Assembly: GCA_002633005.1 (NCBI GenBank)
Contig: NMRA01001246.1
Location: 1 to 35,522 of the forward strand
Length of the DNA stretch: 35,522 nt
Reading direction: 5' to 3'
Source: Phoronis australis
Lineage: Eukaryota > Animalia > Phoronida
This document shows, piece by piece, positions 34,489 to 35,522 of this stretch. A program made the position numbers and the translations under genes. The notes under the pieces were generated by a model that worked only from the letters and a program-made list of their open reading frames with translations, did not search any database and was not told where the DNA came from. Each line of letters starts with the position of its first letter. Position 1 is the stretch's first letter.

Positions 34489-34704
34489 GTGGAGATGAGG
34501 ATCCGTGTAAGAGGAGAAATCGTGTGGAACTTGACGGTCAGATCTACCGCAGTGCCAACATGTCTTCCCCACATGGATCTCTGACGTGCGACCGTAACTT
34601 GAACGATGGTTGGTACTACTTTCACGCCAGTACGGGCTCGGCTATGGTCAACAGATGTGTGGAGACGCATCACTGTGGCACAAAAAATACTGCTTGGCTC
34701 TTGG
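34489..34704 (+). CDS. D8C-domain exon of a paralogous gene on the opposite strand (the rest presumably lies beyond the window)
   Basis: ttcacaag|GT...TTG G|gtacgt, 216 bp, phase 1-1; GDEDPCKRRNRVELDGQIYRSANMSSPHGSLTCDRNLNDGWYYFHASTGSAMVNRCVETHHCGTKNTAWLLG aligns with exon A and has the same G|gtacgt donor. Confidence 0.85.
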
Positions 34705-35248
34705 GTACGTTGTTTCAGCCGTTTAGGACTGCGTGTTCTAAATAGCAGAATGGTTGCAAAACGTAAATAGCTACCCGTTTATGAGGCGTCTAATGAAGAG
34801 GTGGGTCGTAAAAATTATTTGTTTCTAAAAATACATTCCCGCTGTACGAGAGGTATTATTTTTGAAATATGCAACGCGTGTTCACCATTAAATTAGAGAC
34901 ATTGTTTGTTGCCTTTACGGCTAAAAAACGTATTTCTGTTTTTTTGTTGGATTGTCTGTTGAAGCTTTTGGTTTTAACACAGAGTTTCAAATCGCCGCTG
35001 TCTATTAAATATTTACTGAAATCAAGGCGGGTGACTTTACGAATTAACTTCCCTTAAAATAACCTTCTAAGTATGCCCTGTGAATTATCTCCGCCAGAAG
35101 TGTTTTTCTGTGACTTGATTGGTAGAAGGTCCGACTGTGTGCACCGGTGGTGAACTCAGAAAATGATATTTCTCGGCCATAATGTCAGTTTGGATCATAT
35201 GCATACCTAACGACTGGCGCAATTTATAAAACATCGTAGAGATCTGTA

Positions 35249-35312
35249 TAGTAATAATAATGATGATGATAATGATAAAGATAAAGGTAATCCTAATCGT
35301 AATCATAATCGC
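35249..35312. repeat. Low-complexity (TAA/TGA/ATC)n tract
   Basis: taataataatgatgatgataatgataaagataaag...aatcgtaatcataatc. Confidence 0.75.
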
Positions 35313-35522
35313 AACAACAGTAATTACATGCTTTATTTACAGAGATTGAATGAGAAATACAAACATGTGAAACAAAAATGCTAATCTACTGCTTTGTCCT
35401 TTTAAAATACTAGAAATAGCCCTTATGGACTAAGTTGATTTATAGCAATAAAACATGAAAAGGACAGATGGACCGAGGTGTATACAAGGATGACATGAAA
35501 TGAGCAACGATAGAAACAGTCA

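Overview
This is AT-rich animal genomic DNA, not prokaryotic, probably from a marine invertebrate; the taxon is inferred only from repeat style and TACATGTA enrichment. One multi-exon minus-strand gene dominates the window. I spliced it by hand into 20 phase-compatible coding exons (30620 down to 192; 4820 nt, about 1600 aa; the signal-peptide exon is unresolved). It encodes a VWDE-like (von Willebrand factor D and EGF domain) type-I membrane protein. Domain order: UMOD/GP2/OIT3-type D8C domain, VWDE-like beta region, VWD, C8-like, EGF, four single-exon Cys-rich repeats, Thr-rich mucin stalk with 25-aa repeats, one TM helix, and a tail with NPVY and C-terminal IEV. One intron uses a GC-AG donor, and the VWD GDPH motif reads HDPV. 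A paralogous D8C exon on the plus strand (34489-34704) suggests a head-to-head gene pair. The introns hold a Helentron/HINE-like element whose repeat units carry CTCF-consensus motifs, a foldback duplication, tandem duplications, a 20-bp minisatellite and several decayed coding relics. Most ORFs in the supplied track are spurious or partial exons. All calls were made by eye; no database search was run.
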